Assembly (NCBI GenBank): GCA_964553395.1
Contig: CAZKMH010000003.1
Span: 1-28,960 of the forward strand
Direction: 5' to 3'
DNA length: 28,960 bases
Origin: an uncultured Rikenellaceae bacterium
GTDB lineage: Bacteria; Bacteroidota; Bacteroidia; Bacteroidales; VadinHA17
Part shown: positions 25,621 through 28,960 of the stretch, piece by piece
How positions within the stretch are numbered: position 1 is the first letter of the stretch
How the letters are laid out: the number at the start of each line of letters is the position of its first letter
Made by a program: the position numbers and the translations under genes
Notes under the pieces: model-generated
The model's input: only the letters and a program-made list of their open reading frames with translations
What the model was told of the DNA's origin: nothing
Databases searched by the model: none

Positions 25621-28401
25621 ATGCAGTTTTCTCGCCAGATATCTGCCTGTATATGAACCTTCACATTTTGCAAGATCCTCCGGCTTACCCTCAAAAACCA
25701 GATAACCTCCCTCTTCACCACCCTCCGGCCCGAGATCAATAACCCAGTCACAACTCTTGATAACCTCCTGATTGTGCTCAATGACAATGGCTGAATGTCC
25801 ATGATCGATAAGGGCATTTATCGATTTGAGAAGTTTGTTTATATCATGAAAATGAAGTCCGGTTGTCGGTTCATCGAAAATGAACAATATATGACCAGTC
25901 TCTCTCTCCTGGCTGAGAAAGTATGCCAGTTTTACCCGCTGGCTTTCTCCGCCCGACAATGTGTTTGAGGATTGTCCCATTTTAATATATCCGAGACCTA
26001 CATCCGATAATGGCTTGAGTTTGTCAACAATTCTTTTTTCACCTCTGCCCGGATGACTGTTGAAAAACTCAATTGCTTCATCAATGGTCATTTCAAGCAT
26101 ATCATAAATATTCTTTCCATGGTATCTCACCTCAAGAATATCCCTCCTGAATCTCATCCCTTTGCAGGCTTCACATGTCAGTTCCACAGGGGCCATGAAC
26201 TGCATTTCAACCCTTATGATTCCTTCCCCCTGGCACTCCTCGCATCTTCCACCTTCTATATTAAATGAGAAATGTGAGGCCTTAAAATTGCCTTGTACGG
26301 AGGCCTGCTGCTCGGAGTAAAGTTTCCTGATCTCATCGTAAGCTTTAAGATAAGTCACCGGATTTGACCTGCTCGATTTCCCTATCGGATTTTGATCAAC
26401 TAGCTCAATCCCTGTAAGACCCCGAACATCACCGGCAATCTCCCTGAACTGACCAGGCTTAAGGTTGTTTCCATTGATTTGGTTCGAAAGATATTTATAC
26501 AGTATTTCCGACACCAGACTCGATTTACCTGATCCGCTCACTCCGGTTACTGCCGTGATTGTATGAAGCGGGAATTTAACATTGATCCCTTTCAGATTAT
26601 TTTCCCTTGCACCCCTTACTTCAATAAAACTGTTCCACTTTCTCCTTAGCCGGGGAACAGGAACAGAGAGTCTGCCGCTTAAATATGCCGCAGTAAGAGA
26701 TTGATTCTCAGCTTTAAGATCAAGGCTGCCCTGAAAAACAATTTCACCTCCCAGTCTTCCGGCCTCAGGTCCCAGATCGATTAATTCATCTGCAGCTTTT
26801 ATGATCTCCTCTTCATGTTCGACAACAATCACCGTATTGCCCATGTCCCTGAGCTCCTTCAGTACCTTTATAAGAAGATTTGTGTCGCGGGGGTGTAATC
26901 CGATGCTGGGTTCATCGAGGATGTACATCGATCCTACAAGGTTACTGCCAAGGGAAGCAGAGAGGTTTATTCTCTGAGATTCCCCTCCGGACAGGGTTGA
27001 AGAGAGTCTGTCGAGAGTAAGGTATGACAATCCGACATCAGTAAGTAACCGAAGCCTTATTGTGATTTCTTTCAGGAGCCTTTCAGCAATTGTGGCGTCA
27101 GCAGGTGGCAGCGAGATATTTAAAAAGTAATCGTAGAGGCTGCTCACCGGTATTGTGACAAGTTCCTGTATTGCCTTGCCTGCTACCTTCACGTACCGGG
27201 CTTCTTTTTTTAATCTTGATCCGTTGCAACCGGGGCAGATTGTCTTTCCACGGTAACGGCTGAGCAACACCCTGTACTGGATCTTGTATTTTTTTTCTTC
27301 AAGATGTTGAAAAAACCTGTTTAATCCATAGAAATACCTGTTACCTTTCCATAACAGCTCTTTCTGTGAATCAGTCAGCTGGAAATAAGCTTTATGCACC
27401 GGAAAATCAAACTGCCCCGCATTTGCAATAAGCCTTTCCTTCCATTGCTTCATTGTTTCACCTTTCCAGCAAACTATGGCATCTTCGTAAACCGACAGGT
27501 TCTGGTCGGGTATGACAAGGTTCTCATCTATGCCGATTATTTTACCATAACCCTCACAGACAGGGCAGGCGCCAATGGGATTATTGAAGCTGAAAAAATG
27601 CTCGGAAGGTTCTTCGAATAATATTCCATCAGATTCGAATTTATTCGAGAAACTCTCCCTTTTTATATTGTCACCATTCAGAACGATAACTTCGCAATAG
27701 CCCTGTCCGGTTTGAAATGCTGTCTGGGCTGAGTCGGCTGCCCTGCTGAAACTATCTGATGCATGGTCTGTTACGATCCTGTCAATCACAATATTGATCC
27801 TTTGCCCGGGATTGTAACTATCAAAATCCCGGATCTCGTCGATCTTAATGATTGCACCATTAGATTCGATACGGTTGTATCCCTGTTTTTCGAGAAATGA
27901 GAAATACTCGGTGATCTTAATACTTTCAGGTATCTGTATGGAGGATGCTATTATCGCTTTTGTGCCTTCGGGCAGAGATGCAAGGAAATCAACAATATCA
28001 TCAACGCTGTGTTTTTTAACTTCTTTACCCGAAACCGGTGAATAGGTGCGGCCTATCCGGGCATAAAGAAGTCTTAAATAATCGTAAATCTCAGTGGAAG
28101 TGCCTACAGTCGACCTTGGATTGCGTGAATTTACTTTTTGTTCGATAGCTATGGCAGGTGGGATCCCGTTTATGAAATCGACCTCAGGTTTGTTCATTCT
28201 GCCAAGAAACTGACGGGCATAAGAGGAGAGACTTTCAACATACCTTCTCTGCCCTTCTGCATAGACTGTGTCAAAAGCAAGGGAAGATTTCCCGGATCCT
28301 GATACGCCGGTAATGACAACCAGTTTGTCCCTGGGTATTTTTAAGCTTACATTTTTCAGATTATGTACTCTTGCCCCTCGAATTTCAATGCATCCGCTCA
28401 T
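25609..28401 (-). CDS. uvrA: Excinuclease ABC subunit A
   Basis: GARVHNLKN, two GVSGSGKS Walker A motifs, two LSGGE signatures, Zn-finger CxxC motifs (CPVCEG, CPGCNG, CEECQG, CEACKG). Confidence 0.96.
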   Translation of the reverse strand: MSGCIEIRGARVHNLKNVSLKIPRDKLVVITGVSGSGKSSLAFDTVYAEGQRRYVESLSSYARQFLGRMNKPEVDFINGIPPAIAIEQKVNSRNPRSTVGTSTEIYDYLRLLYARIGRTYSPVSGKEVKKHSVDDIVDFLASLPEGTKAIIASSIQIPESIKITEYFSFLEKQGYNRIESNGAIIKIDEIRDFDSYNPGQRINIVIDRIVTDHASDSFSRAADSAQTAFQTGQGYCEVIVLNGDNIKRESFSNKFESDGILFEEPSEHFFSFNNPIGACPVCEGYGKIIGIDENLVIPDQNLSVYEDAIVCWKGETMKQWKERLIANAGQFDFPVHKAYFQLTDSQKELLWKGNRYFYGLNRFFQHLEEKKYKIQYRVLLSRYRGKTICPGCNGSRLKKEARYVKVAGKAIQELVTIPVSSLYDYFLNISLPPADATIAERLLKEITIRLRLLTDVGLSYLTLDRLSSTLSGGESQRINLSASLGSNLVGSMYILDEPSIGLHPRDTNLLIKVLKELRDMGNTVIVVEHEEEIIKAADELIDLGPEAGRLGGEIVFQGSLDLKAENQSLTAAYLSGRLSVPVPRLRRKWNSFIEVRGARENNLKGINVKFPLHTITAVTGVSGSGKSSLVSEILYKYLSNQINGNNLKPGQFREIAGDVRGLTGIELVDQNPIGKSSRSNPVTYLKAYDEIRKLYSEQQASVQGNFKASHFSFNIEGGRCEECQGEGIIRVEMQFMAPVELTCEACKGMRFRRDILEVRYHGKNIYDMLEMTIDEAIEFFNSHPGRGEKRIVDKLKPLSDVGLGYIKMGQSSNTLSGGESQRVKLAYFLSQERETGHILFIFDEPTTGLHFHDINKLLKSINALIDHGHSAIVIEHNQEVIKSCDWVIDLGPEGGEEGGYLVFEGKPEDLAKCEGSYTGRYLARKLHKNK

Positions 28402-28441
28402 CCCTTAATGTCAACAATTTGACGAAATTTTTGTTATAATT

Positions 28442-28449
28442 CAAAAGTA
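28442..28449 (-). promoter_or_regulatory. -7 box upstream of uvrA
   Basis: CAAAAGTA on + reads TACTTTTG on -, 40 nt before the uvrA ATG. Confidence 0.55.
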
Positions 28450-28557
28450 ATACTTTCAAATTAGAAAAATATTGCTTTCTTTGTATTTGAATTAACGTCT
28501 TAATCAAGGAGGACTGCCTATTTAACAACTCTACTCTTAGTCTTTAAAACGAGAGCA

Positions 28558-28960
28558 ATGAGTAAAACGATTTCCGATTATGAACTCATTCAGAGATTCA
28601 TAAAAGGTGAGCAGACCTGCTTTGAGCAGATAATCCACCGTCATAAAAATAAAGTTTTTGCGTATATAAGTTTATATATACGCGATCAGGCACTTGCTGA
28701 AGACCTGTTTCAGGATACCTTCATGAAAGTGATCCAGTCCGTTAAAACCGGCAAGTACCAGGATAACGGAAAGTTCATTTCATGGGTAATGCGTATAGCC
28801 CATAACCTTATAATCGACCATTTCAGGCGGATCAATGATTCCTACGGGTATCCCCGGGGGGACATTGTGCTCCGCGCAGTCGCTGAGCTATTTCAGCAGG
28901 TCATCAGGAAACCTGATACGGCAGTCAGGTACGGCGGGGAGGAGTTTGCCGTGATTGTCC
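28558..28960 (+). CDS. ECF sigma-70 factor N-terminal part (region 2) joined in frame to a GGDEF-domain fragment; runs off the window end
   Basis: My translation: MSKTISDYELIQRFIKGEQTCFEQIIHRHKNKVFAYISLYIRDQALAEDLFQDTFMKVIQSVKTGKYQDNGKFISWVMRIAHNLIIDHFRRINDSYGYPRGDIVLRAVAELFQQVIRKPDTAVRYGGEEFAVIV. AEDLFQDTF and SWVMRIAHNLIIDHFR are ECF region 2 motifs; NDSYG..GD and RYGGEEF are GGDEF motifs. Missing from the ORF track because it has no stop codon. Confidence 0.85.
   Translation, partial: MSKTISDYELIQRFIKGEQTCFEQIIHRHKNKVFAYISLYIRDQALAEDLFQDTFMKVIQSVKTGKYQDNGKFISWVMRIAHNLIIDHFRRINDSYGYPRGDIVLRAVAELFQQVIRKPDTAVRYGGEEFAVIV

Noticed and set aside
1545-28045. Remaining short ORFs of 60-170 aa nested in or antisense to the called genes
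   Set aside because: All overlap well-supported genes and show no motifs or independent signals.
28508-28518. GGA-GGACT-GCC as a Bacteroidota LexA box (GGA-N5-TCC) near uvrA
   Set aside because: One mismatch in a six-base motif and over 100 nt from the uvrA start; not distinguishable from chance.
28836-28960. GGDEF fragment as the missing siaD of the siaBC pair
   Set aside because: It is 21 kb away, compositionally foreign, lacks the first catalytic Asp and is probably chimeric. No evidence links them.
1-28960. Prophage, transposase, defence island, tRNA or rRNA
   Set aside because: No integrase, transposase, nuclease or toxin motifs, and no cloverleaf or rRNA-like stretch seen. Gene content is backbone-like.

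Overview
A 29-kb chromosomal backbone segment from a Bacteroidota organism, probably an environmental Bacteroidales. The assignment rests on repeated TAnnTTTG -7 promoter boxes, start codons without Shine-Dalgarno motifs, the serC-serA-DUF1015 block and the yggS/DHOD-like pair. Most of it is housekeeping: rnz, guaA, S41 protease, THUMP rRNA methyltransferase, clpB, OmpA/PD40 protein, gcvT, comB-like phosphatase, serC, short serA, DUF1015, yggS, DHOD-like protein and uvrA. Scattered among these are signalling parts: two STAS anti-anti-sigma proteins, an Hpt protein, a stand-alone siaB-siaC pair and an ECF sigma factor. Five things stand out. (1) The terminal ORF, absent from the ORF track, is an ECF sigma region 2 joined in frame to a GGDEF fragment at a shared IDHFRRIN motif, with a GC jump from about 39% to about 59%. 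An assembly chimera is more likely than a real fusion, but it is easy to test. (2) siaBC has no siaA or siaD beside it, so its output is unknown. (3) A 1023-aa ABCG-type transporter carries extra N-terminal domains. (4) A 146-bp REPIN/MITE-like palindromic element has its left end repeated at a second intergenic site. (5) A degenerate 8-bp tandem array lies between gcvT and comB. I found no tRNA, rRNA, CRISPR array, transposase or phage gene. All calls come from motif reading only; no database searches were run.
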